DNA of 64,000 nt from Octopus bimaculoides (Eukaryota), in the NCBI RefSeq assembly GCF_001194135.2, contig NC_068992.1, positions 33,647,135 to 33,711,134 on the forward strand. The letters are read 5' to 3'. Both the position numbers and the translations under genes were made by a program. This document shows, in pieces, positions 1 through 12,098 of this stretch. The notes beneath the pieces were generated by a model. That model did no database searches. It saw nothing but the letters and a program-made list of their open reading frames with translations, and was not told the DNA's origin. The stretch's first letter is position 1. Every line of letters begins with the position of its first letter.

Positions 1-1646
1 CCTTGGAAAAGTCTACACACCCTTTTGAAAATTTATATATTTTGTATAATTTAACAGCGAACAACACATTTTAAAAATCCCAATGATTGTTAAATAATAA
101 GCAGATCCAACACACTTGCCTTTGATATAAGAATTACATTTTAAAAATTTCACACTGATTCTTAAAATCATATAACTTAGAAAAATGTCTTTGCAAAAGT
201 CTACACCCCCCCCCCCACCAGATATTATACTGTGTTATCAGGTAGTTTGTCATTGTTGTATACAATCCAAAACAATCAAAAGTGACATGTGCGATTTACC
301 ATAACAAACAAACTTGGCCAGCCTATTATTTTGCTATGTAAGGAGATTTAACTGCCTACAAAATCATCCACCACATGGTTTTTTGGTATCTTTGTCTTTG
401 GAGTCTGACTGTAAACACAAGGTGTCCAACTCTGGAAAGAAAATGGGCAAGATTTGTCTCAGGAACTTAAAAACCTTATTACTCAAATGTATAATGAAAA
501 TAATGGCTATAAAAAGATTGCAAAATCTTTAGAATTGTGCCTAAGCACTGTTAAAACTGTAGTTAAGAAGTGGTTAGTGCACAAAACCACTGCTACCCTA
601 CCAAGATCTGGGAGACACAGCAAACTTACCAGAAGAGCAAAGTCAAAACTGGTCTGGGAGGCAACTTCCAGCACTAGTGCAATACTGGAAGACTTGAAAG
701 CTTCAGATTCCAGTACTGGGACAGATGTCCATCATGCATCTACAATCTCCAGAGTATTGCAGCGGTTTGGCCTCCAAGAGAGGGTAGCTAGCCCCTTCTG
801 AAGCCTATATACAAGCAAGCTAGGCTAAACTTTCCCAAAAGTCACATTAATGATTCTATAACCATGTGGCGAAAGATTTTGTGGTCAGATGAGATCAAAG
901 TCGAGTTATTTGAAAAAAATACAAAACGCTACGTTTGGCAGAAAAAAGGCACTGCTCACCAACCTTGTTACACTGTCCCCACCATAAAGCATGGCGATGG
1001 CTCGATCATGCTTTGGGGCTGTTTTTTAGCTGCAGGGCCTGGAGAGTTGGTAAACCATCCAAGGTATCATGGACAGTCTCAAGTACCAAGAAATACTGGA
1101 TGCAAACCTGTTGAAGTCTGGTTGAGCTCTGCGCTTACAATTTCAAGTTTCAACAAGATACCGGCTCCAAGCATGTGTCAAAAAGCACTAAAGCTTGGTT
1201 TGCTAGTAAGAAAATCACAGTTTTGGAGTGGCCCAGCCAGTCTCCAGACTTCAATCCTATAGAAAATCTATGGTGAGATCTAAAGCTGGCTGTGCACCGA
1301 TGTTCCCCATCCAATCTGACACAGCTTAAGAAGTTCTGCCATGAAGAATTGCAAAAACTGTCAGCAAACCACTGCAGCAAGCTCATGGAAGCTACCCGAG
1401 GCATCTGCAGGCTGTAATTGATGCAGCAGGATCATCCACAAAGTATCAGCTGAAGACATTCCAAAGGGGTTGTTGACTTTTGCAAAGACATTTTTCTAAG
1501 TTATATGATTTTAAGAATCCGTGTGAAATTTTTGAAGTGTAATTTTTATATCAAAGGAAAGTGTGATGGATCTGCTTATTATTTAAGAATCATTGGAATT
1601 GACAAAATGTGTTATTCCCTGTTAAATTATACAAAATATATAAATT
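1..1646 (+). mobile_element. Tc1-type DNA transposon (DD34E, IR/DR termini), inactivated; right TIR truncated
   Basis: About 200-bp inverted repeats (1-210 vs 1466-1646) with an internal direct repeat (GAAAAGTCTACAC at 7-19, CAAAAGTCTACAC at 194-206). Frameshifted transposase: HTH/GRPR-like SGRHSKL (454-800), [30 protein letters not shown] and [15 protein letters not shown], with 34 residues between D2 and E. Confidence 0.95.
454..1450 (+). pseudogene. Tc1 transposase pseudogene (frameshifts and a TGA stop)
   Basis: ORFs 454-801 and 864-1262 plus a third frame holding FQQD...NPIENLW*. Confidence 0.9.
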
Positions 1647-2330
1647 TGTTCCTTGTTTGAAAGTAAATTCAGAGCCTTCAAGTATGTAGGGGCAGGTACA
1701 AATCATTGAAAAAACTCTTAACAAATGCCAAACTACACACGCCATATCCACCCTATCAGTTAAAAAATGTGCACGCCCTGTGGTACCTGCCCCTACCTAC
1801 TTGAAGGCTCTGAATTTACTTTCAAACAAGGAACAAAGTTTAAAATCAAGACCAACTTCTTTTGTTCTTCTGAGAACCTCATTTACATCCTTACATGCGC
1901 AGGTTGCCAACACAATTGTAATGGATAGATGAGCCTTCCTTTATGCAGAAGAGTAGCAGTCTATAAAAGAACAGATAAATCTCCCACAATACCATCAAAT
2001 TCCACTCGGTGGCCACATAGACTCTTGCGCTAGAAATAAAAACCCCAAATTTCTTATATTCCCTTCCTATCAATGTAACGACAGAATCTCTACATAAGAA
2101 AGAATCAACAAGGCGAATCTTTTTATTGAGAAATTTCAAACGTTTCTCCATATGCAAACTCCACGGTGACCATATTCCTTTTACTAGCCTACCTAATTAA
2201 ATACATATATATTTGTTACATGTATTTCTAAGAGCAGACATAAGCTTCCTGTTGACAAAGAATCCAGCATTCTAATTAGAGTATGAAACCCACAGAATTG
2301 TCTCCCCTTATCTACAGGAACTGGATAACT
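1645..2330 (+). mobile_element. Penelope-like element 3' fragment (GIY-YIG endonuclease) with a 5' inverted segment
   Basis: Conceptual translation KLLTNAKL...VKKCARP-CGTCPYLLEGSEFTFKQGTKFKIKTNFFCSSENLIYILTCAGCQHNCNG*MSLPL...GGHIDSC matches the PLE GIY-YIG pattern. 1645-1699 is a 55-bp inverted copy of 1783-1837. Confidence 0.8.
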
Positions 2331-2347
2331 CCTACCCCATTTCCTAT

Positions 2348-2565
2348 TTGACACATAAACATCCAGCCTTCAGTGTGTTGACACATAAACACCCAGCATT
2401 CAGTGTGTTGACACATAAATATCCAGCCTTCAGTGTGTTGACACATAAACACCCAGCCTTCAGTGTGTTGACACATAAATATCCAGCCTTCAGTGTGTTG
2501 ACACATAAACATCCAGCCTTCAGTGTGTTGACACATAAATATCCAGCCTTCACTACACTGAAACA
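2348..2565. repeat. 30-bp minisatellite, about 7 copies (TTGACACATAAACATCCAGCCTTCAGTGTG)
   Basis: Directly visible tandem units; explains the LTHKHPAFSV and HTEGWIFMCQ repeat ORFs. Confidence 0.97.
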
Positions 2566-2677
2566 CATGCATCCTAATCCTTCAAACAAGTTTTTCCATG
2601 GAATACTATTCAACTTTAAAAGCTTAACGACACTATGATGTATTGGTATATTTATTTTTTTTATATATTTATTATTT

Positions 2678-3084
2678 NNNNNNNNNNNNNNNNNNNNNNN
2701 NNNNNNNNNNNNNNNNNNNNNNNNNNNNNNNNNNNNNNNNNNNNNNNNNNNNNNNNNNNNNNNNNNNNNNNNNNNNNNNNNNNNNNNNNNNNNNNNNNNN
2801 NNNNNNNNNNNNNNNNNNNNNNNNNNNNNNNNNNNNNNNNNNNNNNNNNNNNNNNNNNNNNNNNNNNNNNNNNNNNNNNNNNNNNNNNNNNNNNNNNNNN
2901 NNNNNNNNNNNNNNNNNNNNNNNNNNNNNNNNNNNNNNNNNNNNNNNNNNNNNNNNNNNNNNNNNNNNNNNNNNNNNNNNNNNNNNNNNNNNNNNNNNNN
3001 NNNNNNNNNNNNNNNNNNNNNNNNNNNNNNNNNNNNNNNNNNNNNNNNNNNNNNNNNNNNNNNNNNNNNNNNNNNNNNNNNNNN
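2678..3084. other. Assembly gap (further N-runs at about 29931-30529, 45142-45320, 47353-47362, 49201-49220, 55184-55283, 56996-57132, 58335-58423)
   Basis: N runs, mostly abutting (TA)n microsatellites. Confidence 1.
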
Positions 3085-3133
<49 letters not shown>

Positions 3134-4034
3134 TGTATTTTGGTTATCGCATTTACAGTCCATATTAACATTAATCACAGAATTCTCTCTGCGATAGATT
3201 AAGTAAACAAAGAGAGACATTTTCGTTAGGTTTCAATTCATACCTACTACAGAATTATCCCTCCGAGAAAATAATAAATATAGAAAATTATTATTAGTTA
3301 ATTTAAACGATAATACCCACTAATTTAAAAAGATAAAAGAGTTGTTGTATTGACGATGTAATTGTTTATATATTTTTTGTTGAAGTTACACACAGGTGAA
3401 GACTTAGATAATTATATACATTTATTATATACACACATATATTATTATTGTATGTTGTGAGGACAAGCGACTATCTTGGACATGGAAGAGTTTCAATTGG
3501 TATGTGTTTGCGATATAATGAAGTGTATTTCGATGGTTGTGGATTGCACTTATTTGATTGTATCGTCGATTAAAGTGTTTTTGTTGCTTTTTAATTATTA
3601 TTGATGAATGATCGAATAGTTAATGCTCATACTCATAACACAGACATTTGAATTAATTTTTACAATCCAGCCGTCCTTTCACACGGAATTTCGTCTTTTT
3701 CTAAACCAAAGACCTTGAAGTGACTATATATATAATGGAACTGTGATTATGTATATCAGAAAAATATATATAACTCAAAACAATTTGTTGGCCTTTTATG
3801 GTTTTTATAATTATTTATGTTATATAATATTATGTTAGGTTACATATTATATTCATAATATTTAATGTAATATTGTAATATAAATAAATTATTGGATTGT
3901 CAACAGAATATCTATATTTAATTTATCTTTATAATTGAATTATACTAATATTTATATGGTATCCAACTGAAGTACCAGTGAATTGGATGTTCAACACACA
4001 CCCTTTTCAAGGATTTTTCTCCTCAGTTTGTTAC

Positions 4035-4116
<82 letters not shown>

Positions 4117-4981
4117 TACGAGGGGGTATCCCCAGAAAACGGAATTTTTCAAATTCATTTTATTCACTTAGTTTTACACTTTTATCGCCTTCAAAGTATT
4201 TTCCATCTGACGCAAAGTATCAGTCCAGACATGTTTTCCACTGTCCGAGGCAGTCCTGGGACTCTTGTGAAGTGATGTTTTTAATACCTTCGTCGTTTTT
4301 TTTCTTCAACTCTTCCACATCTGGAAATTTCATAGCACCAGCTACCAGATTTCATCACCAATGATGACCTTCAGAAAAGAAAAAATGGTTTGGATCGACT
4401 TTCAACTGTTTTTTCAGTTCACAATATGCATTCAGTCATGACTGCTTTTGATCTTCCATGAGCAAGTGAGGCACAAAGTTTCATTTGCAATTTCTCACAC
4501 GTATCAACAAGTTTGTCAATTGTTCAGTGATGGTCCTCCAAAATCAGTTAATTAATTTTCATGAAGTTTTCATTCGTTCAAGAGGTTGACTGTTTCCCTG
4601 AATGAGGTTGGTTCTCAAGTGACAAGTGACTATTCCTAAATCATGAAAACCATTTGTAAACTTGTGTTTTGCTCATGTCAGCATTGTTGCAAACTGTCTG
4701 AAGCATGACAATTGTTTTGGGCACCGTTTTCCCCAGCAGAAAATGGAACTCCATGGAAGCACATTGTTCCTTTGTTTGAGCCATTGCAAAAATCACTGGA
4801 CAGGGGAGAATCACTGCAAAACAAAGACACAACATATGAAAGTACAACTTCATACAATGACACCAGTTGGCAGACTGATACCTGAGGGTTGCATCAAGAG
4901 GCTTCTAGTGGTGGAAGCCTGAACTACAATGGGGTTGTTCCACAGAGAACATTTCCGGTTATTTTGGGGTGCCTCCTCATA
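4117..4981 (-). mobile_element. Internally deleted mariner element
   Basis: TA-flanked imperfect TIRs TACGAGGGGGTATCCCAGAAAACGGAA and TTCCGGTTATTTTGGGGTGCCTCCTCATA. Minus-strand HTH EQCASMEFHFLLGKTVPKTIVMLQTVCNNADMSKTQVYKWFS. Confidence 0.85.
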
Positions 4982-6849
4982 TACTTGCTGAATACAGCAT
5001 GACCAAGAAATGACAGAAGAACCAAGACAATATGTTAAAGTATGATGGTAGAAAGTCATTGGGTCAAGAGGAGAAGGAAGATTGATGGCTGGCAGTACAG
5101 AAAGGGTGAGTGTGGATTATATTAGTTGCAACAGGTCCAATGTAGTCTTTTACAATAAGCATTATAACAGGCAAAGATTGTAGAGTGATGAGGGTGGTGG
5201 TTGGGAGTTTGGATATGTATGAGTCCTTTACCAATCTATAGTAAAATAAATGGCATGAGTGACAGATGAATTGAAGAGAGATGTATATGTTTATTTCCAC
5301 ATTTTCCCACCTGTCTATTCTAAAGTAATGCAAAATGGTAATAAGCAATATAGATTTAGAGTTCATGTATTAGACAAGAAATAAATGTAATATATTATGT
5401 GAAAAAAAATGATATATTTTCATATGTTCTGTATGTAATATTGTCAGATTTAAATTAGATATAAATTACTCAGCAAAACATAGGTTTTGGAAATAACAAC
5501 ATTTATGAGACCGAAGCTTTATATCTGCATTATAATACTAGATCATTCTGAATGTCAAACAACTGGAGTAGGTAATTTCACAATTGTAAAAATGAGAATG
5601 AACATCTTTTGGGAAATAAATGGCAGATTTTTCAGTTAAGCTCCCATTTCACATTAAGACTAACTGAATGAATAGTTCCTTTATCAATAGTGATACTGTT
5701 GTAATGGACAAATGGATATGTAACTCACAGGGAATTGTGAAATAGTTGTAATTACTGTGAAAGCTGCAAAATTGCTCACAGCAATGATAGCTGCAAAATG
5801 GCTTGTGGCTGTGATAGCTGAAAAAGCTACAAATAGCTTGTTGTTAAAGTTGTGCATTTCTTCCTGCTTGTAATACCTATGAAACTCACTGGAGCTGATT
5901 TAATTAATGGAGGGATAATGAACAATGTAAGTTAAAATTAGCTGTAGAGTCTTGTGAGCTACATGGCAACTGCACTATTGCATGCATCATGGAAAAAAGC
6001 ACCCAAAGCATTCAATAAGATGGTTAGGATAAGGAAGAGCTCCAGTCATAGAAACCATGCCAAAGTAGATACAGAAGCATGATGCAGCTTTTTCACATGT
6101 TAGGTCTTGTCAAACCATCCATCCCATGTCAGCATGAAACATAGACATTAAAGATGATGATGATATTATAGATAATAATATACGAGCAGCAGAAGTCCAA
6201 TGACAGTTGTAATGTAAGTGACTTTACATGGCTATTCTATGGCTGGTAAAAACATGCTTGAATGGTAATAAATAACGTGCCCTACTAGCAACGTGATTGC
6301 CTACAGACCAGTCTGTGGAAAAATCAGGGAGTAGTACTAACCAGTAGAGAAGCTAGAGTCAGCTAAATGAAGCACTAGATCAGTGCTTTTCAACTGGTGT
6401 CCATATAAGATTTTGTTAAAATTTATCTGCGATAACTTGCTTATAGTGCTTCAATATACAAAATATTTTTTTACAATTCCATATAATATTTAATTACAAA
6501 AATACAGTACGATTGTTTTCATATTCATTGAATGGCTATGGAGGTCCAGCAGAATAAAATAGGAATCAAAGGGGTTGATAGGAGAAAAACAGTTGAGGAC
6601 CACTGCTCTAGAGGAAACTTGTCAGTTGAAAATCATGTGAGTGAATTGACTAAGAAGACCCCATAGTCTCTTGGTTAGTTCATTTCTTCTATAAACTTCA
6701 TTTTTCTAGTGGTATTAGCATAGAAAATGTTCAAAATGGAACATGCTTCAAATCCAGGTCACAAAATGACATCTTGATAATACTTTAGAGATGTTTGAGT
6801 GTACCTGAAATATCTGAAATAATATATTTTATCTTAATTTTTTTTTTTT

Positions 6850-7580
6850 TGCATATTTATTTTTACATTATTTGCATTTGATGGAGATTTGTCCTCGTCT
6901 TGTTTGTTGTTAACACAACATTTCGGCTTCATCAGGCATCTAGGGTAAATTTTGAAACTGGGTTCTCATTCCTAAGGTATTTTTCGATATTGTTATTATT
7001 ATTTTTATTATTATTATTATTCAGGTCACTGCCTGGAATTGAACTTGGAATCTTGGAGTTAGTAGCCCGCACTCTTATCCACTACGCCATATGCCCGTTG
7101 GCAACTATGGAGTGAATTTTAGGGCTTATAAATCTAATATTCTCCTATCCTTCCTTAATACCGGTTCCCATATGCTGTTCATATCTGCACTTAGTCTACT
7201 TAGGGGGTTGTTGTGTTCTAGCATATGTGCTGCTTCTTTTAGTTTTCGTATTTTCTAGTGGTGTTCTCTGCCTGTTATTTTAACTTCATCTCACAGGGAG
7301 AGGTGGTCTCCATTTTTCCATACATGACCAGCTATACCCGATTTATTAATATCACCTCATGTCACAGCTTTGTGATGTTCCTCTACCTTTATTTTGAGGG
7401 GGCAGCATTTTTGCCTTTGTATAACCTACCACAGCTGCATGTGATGGAGTACAAGACACCTGACGAAGGCTGAAGGGTATATTAGCCAAAACATAGTGTT
7501 AACAACAAACAAGATGAGGACAAATATCTGTCAAATGTAAATAATGTGCATATTTCCTCATCTGTTAAATATAGAACTGT
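6850..7580 (-). mobile_element. 5'-truncated Penelope-like element: GIY-YIG C-terminus plus pLTR (tRNA-like head and HHR), with an inverted second pLTR
   Basis: Minus strand 7460-7135 reads GVLYSITCSCGRLYKG...VEEHHKAVT*GDINKSGIAGHVWKNG...EHHWKIRKLKEAAHML...WEPVLRK. It is followed by a tRNA-like segment (7095-7024) and an HHR relic (6940-6913). 7455-7575 repeats the same terminus on the + strand. Confidence 0.88.
7456..7499 (+). ncRNA. Decayed minimal type-I hammerhead ribozyme
   Basis: ACAC-CTGACGA-A-GGCTG...TAGCC-AAAAC-ATA-GTGT. Stems I and II are intact; G12 and G16.2 are lost by CpG-type G>A changes relative to the 44236 copy. Confidence 0.6.
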
Positions 7581-8549
7581 AATATTTATTTTTATACCAT
7601 CCTTCAGCAGTGCAGTACTAATTTTTGTGATATTTTGAACTCTATTTATTAAGGAAAACGATTAAACACAATTTTTGTTTGTTATTTCTTGCCAAAAGAA
7701 TCCTGGCTTCCATGATATCAATACACATATACACACACAGAATACACACATCTAATGAATGTTATGGCATGTCAATCAACACAAACACACGTCTTCTACC
7801 TGTGACATATACATACACATAGTCTTCACACTCTTTAACAAACAGAAAAAACATTGACTTTTGACATATACAATATTTTAAGCATTTAGAAGTATTTTTA
7901 ACTGAATGTGATTTCAAAAATGTAAGATGTTTGTACAGTAAGTATTTATATTTTAACTTAGAATATTTTGATGCTTTTTAAAATTATTTTCAAGTGAATG
8001 GCGATCTTTTGCTTATCATCTGGAATTTAATTTCTGTAAAAAATTTTAATTTATTTACTTTTGTTTTAAAGTGAAAGATGTATGTGTATATGAAATGGAC
8101 ATGTGTGTGTGAGAGAGAGAGAAAGAGAGAGAGGAAGAGAGAGAATAAGCGAAGGGATGTGTTGTCATGTAAAAGTGCATACATCAATACATGCGTACAT
8201 CATTTTTGTATGTATGTGTGCATGTGTGTGTGAGAGGAAGAGAGAGGGACAGTGAGTGAGTGAACATATGTTCTCATGTATGTGTAAGTGGCACTCTTTC
8301 TCTCTCTCACACACATACATACACACACACACACACATCTATTTCAAATACACGTTCATACATCTTTCACTTTCCCCTCTCTTTCCCTTTAAAACAAAAG
8401 TAAATAAATAAAAAATTTTTACAGAAATTAATGAACAAATCCAGCTGACCTGGATGACAGTTCTGAGAGTCAGAGCAAAAGATTACCTTAAGGGAATACC
8501 ATTACAAAAATTTTTTTGAGTGCATTTAATGAATCTTAGCCGCAAATAT

Positions 8550-8656
8550 TTGGCTGCTATTTCTAGCACGCCCTGCTACCATGTAGCAGCTATTTGCGAT
8601 AAAGGACCCGAAATACCTGTTACGTGGTAGCAGGGCCTGCAAGAAATAGCAGCCAA
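8550..8656. repeat. Fold-back or MITE-like inverted repeat (40-bp arms)
   Basis: 8550-8589 is the reverse complement of 8617-8656 with 4 mismatches; the spacer is partly self-complementary. Confidence 0.8.
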
Positions 8657-8669
8657 CTCGTTCCTTTTC

Positions 8670-9200
8670 TGGGGAAAGAAGACGTTTACACTTGACCTAA
8701 CTGGCAGTAGAGGAGGATATTCTGAAAGTACAGTCACTAGAATAAGAGGAGGATGGAGAAAGTTCAGAGAGCTATTTCTTTTGGTAGCAACAAAACTTCT
8801 CTCTCTCTCTCTCTCAGTGAAAGACTAATTGTATACTGCTTGTGTATGAACAGCAATGTTCCAAGGTAGTGAGACATGGACCCTGAATGCAGATGACATG
8901 AGGAATGCAACTAATATGCTCTGTTGCATGTATGAAAATGTACAAATGTATTGAAAGAAAAGTTAGGCATAAGAAGAATCAAAAGCTGCATGCAAGAGAG
9001 AAGCCTTTATTAGTTTGGTCATAGATGGTGTACAATTGCATGAAGAAGTACTGATCACTTAAAGTGGTGGAACTTGTGGAAGAGGGAGACCCAGGAAGAC
9101 AGGGACACAGTATTGAAGATGGATTTCAAGATTCTGAGCCTTATGGAGAAGTTGACAAAGGACAAAGACGATTGACATTTTGCTGTGCTTGAGAAAACCT
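8670..9200 (+). mobile_element. RTE LINE 3' fragment
   Basis: Similar to the C-terminal part of the copy at 23600-24110 (e.g. GGAACTTGTGGAAGAGGGAGACCCAGGAAGAC, GRGRP motif). Confidence 0.8.
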
Positions 9201-11950
9201 ATCTATTACAGCAATATTGATATTCTAAAACCACTTGTTTCTGCTTGTATGTACATGCAACGCCCTGTCCCCCTGCCTTCTCCACCATTATCGTCCTTTC
9301 CCCTATCTATGGTACTACCCAGCAGCTGTACTCACCTGAATTGGCACATATTACATCCCATCCACTCTCTAAGATCGTCCCTCATTCCTCAGCATCCCAG
9401 CCCACTATTTCAGCCTGTACCATCAGTTACTGCTCTGTCTTCTCCTTTGCTTAGTTATTACGGAAGGACTTGGTGCTTTTTTATTGTATTCTATGACCCG
9501 TCGTAACGTTTCTATTTATAACCCACCTACTATAACCCCAGTCTCTCTCTTCACTTCTCCTACACCTTATGCAAACTTTCTTTTGTATTCTCTTTGAGTC
9601 ATTCCTATATCTCCAACCTTACACCTCTCCATACCGACATTTCCAATCATTTTCACCCTCAACTTTGTTCATTGCTCACAACATTAATCTGTACCTTTGC
9701 CTGTTCATTTCCCTTCACATTCCTATGAAAGCATTCACACACTTTTTTATATCCTCTCATGACTCACACTCTGTATCCTCTTTTATGCTCACCTTACTTC
9801 TGTAGTGTTTGCTTCAGTGCCCAATCATTAACTTCTTATCTCCTTCAGCCATGTATCTCTATAACAAGACGCCTGTGTTTGTCCCTCTATCATATTTTAG
9901 CCTTCCAACACAAGGCATAAAGCTACCTGCCTCCATCTTGCCCTCTCAATTGCTCCCTCTTAGTCATGGAAGCTTTCCCTTTTCTTTTATTATTCCATTC
10001 CTTCAATCTTGCAAGTTACTAACCAGTGCCATTGGCAGGAAAAAAAAAGCATCCAGTCCCCTTTGTAAAGTGATTGGCATTAGGAAGGACATCCAGCCAC
10101 ACACACTATGCCAAAGACAATATTTGGGCTTAGTGTAGGCTTACAACTTGCCAGCTCTCTGTCAAAACATCCAACCCCTTCCAGAGAAAGAGATGTGAGA
10201 AAGAATCCTTAAAAACAACAATTTCAGAGGAGTGTGGTCACGATAATTTGAATAAAGACTTCAAAATTAGCAGTTCAACTGTCAAAAGTTTATTCTAGAA
10301 CTATGATTCCAACAAAACCTATTTTGTTTCTCTCAAAGGTCTTATCAGAGACTGAAGGAGTTGTGAGGCATAGCTTATTATGCAGAAAAACTAGGCAGAA
10401 TGATAAATATATATCAATGTTTGTTTTTATGTTCAGTTATTATAAAAACATTCATATTTTGCAAGATTCCTGATGTGAAATCATGTGTTGAAACATATCA
10501 TGTTATATTTCAGGATTGTCTTTTTTCTTTTTCTTTGCCAAATGAACACATGCGCTATATATTCATTCTTCACTTCATCTTTATTACTGTTCTTATTTTT
10601 GTGTCTTTCATCACACATCCTGTGACCTCTTCGACAACTCTCCATCTCATGTGTCTCCTGTTGTTCTGTTTAGTCCATTCTGAAGAATGAATATATAGAG
10701 CATTATTTATTTAGCAAAAAAAAGAAGAAAATTGCTATTCTAAAATATAACACTATAATAAAAACAATTTTACATTAATCTGATGTGTTATTCTATACTT
10801 TTGTAGAGTACAAATTTATTATTCTTATATCCAAGAATATTGTTGACAGTGACTTCAGTGATGGCTTAGCTGGCCAAAAATATCCACAACATTCTCAGAT
10901 AAGAATAATGAATAGAATGACAGATACACAGGTAAATAGGAAAAGAGGAGAAATAACGTCAGTGGCAAGGTTTGGTGGTGGAGAGGGTGAAGATATATAT
11001 GGTGTCAAGATGGTAAAAGCTTGGGAAGCATCTCTAGACACTAGTCATAGTGGTGATAGAGGAATGGTCATTGAGAAATATTTGGTGTCAGCGAGTCTGA
11101 TAGCGACGTGTTAGGTAGCGATGCCATTCATGGTGGTGGGAGTGGGCATGCCAGTATTGGTAGAGCGAAGATGAAGAGGCAATTTGCAAGATTATGAAAA
11201 ATGCATCAGAAGCAGAAGTTGAGTTGGTGACTCGAGAATGGCTCTGGACTGCCAGTGACAGAAATGGTGGCTGAAGGAGAAGAGAAAAAAAAATTTGGAC
11301 AAGTCTGCTCTTGACAATGAATCTGCCACAGATCTTGGGCTTGTACAAATTGAAAATTAAAATAACCTATTTGCAGGTTACCTCAACTTTTTAAAGTAAT
11401 CCATTTTAGCCATGCACTGGTAACAATAGGCTGAATAACTTTGCATACATGGTTTTGTCTTCTGTTCAACTTATTCATTCAGCTGGTAAGTAAGCAATAC
11501 TCTTATATGTGGTTTCAATTACAATTTTATTGATGATATCTCTCGCATTTAATGAGTTTTTTCTATTCCTGCACATTCTAAATATATTTATTTTTAACAA
11601 ATCTCCCAGATTTCAAGTCATAAAATGAAGCCCTAAGATGAATACAGTTACTCCTTATTTACTGGTCTTTACGTGCAGATATAAATGATTGTTGAACATT
11701 GTCACAAATAGCCACACCTTTATAAGTGATTTTAACACCAATCAAATAAATATCTTAGTTTTACAGTGTATATTGGCCAGTATATTTTTGTGTTGTAAAT
11801 AGCCATTTTCCAAATTCATAGTTTATAAAATAAATGATGTTTGCTAAGAAAAATGAGCTGTTCATTTTTTTATTTTTTTCTAGCAGTTTCTACATAATTT
11901 TTCAGATATTCCCATACACATGCCATGTAAACTGATGCTCATACACTTAC

Positions 11951-12098
11951 ATCTTCAAAATAAATTTAATATTGTTTCTATTTAGCAGTGGGTTGTCCTC
12001 ATTGGCTATAAATTGAAACAATATTACATTTTCATTTTCAAACGCTGGGTGGGTGAGGCTGAAATCAGAGCAATTCATGCCAGGGATCTGGTGTAATG
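11951..12098 (-). CDS. Candidate isolated coding exon, unknown protein
   Basis: Acceptor TTTATGTTCTTCATAG, donor AT/GTAAGT; 148 nt open: ALHQIPGMNCSDFSLTHPAFENENVILFQFIANEDNPLLNRNNIKFILK. No partner exons found. Confidence 0.25.

Noticed and set aside
1918-1935. In-frame stop in the PLE GIY-YIG as a possible recoded (Sec) codon
   Set aside because: The stop is TAG, not TGA, and is best explained as CAG>TAG decay of YIGQT.
2348-2565. CRISPR-like appearance of the 30-bp array
   Set aside because: Head-to-tail units with no unique spacers, eukaryotic context and no cas genes.
2344-3220. Long ORFs spanning N-runs (also 29785-30604, 45029-45527, 55082-55590, 56753-57199)
   Set aside because: They are open only because of N gaps and (TA)n or (TG)n repeats.
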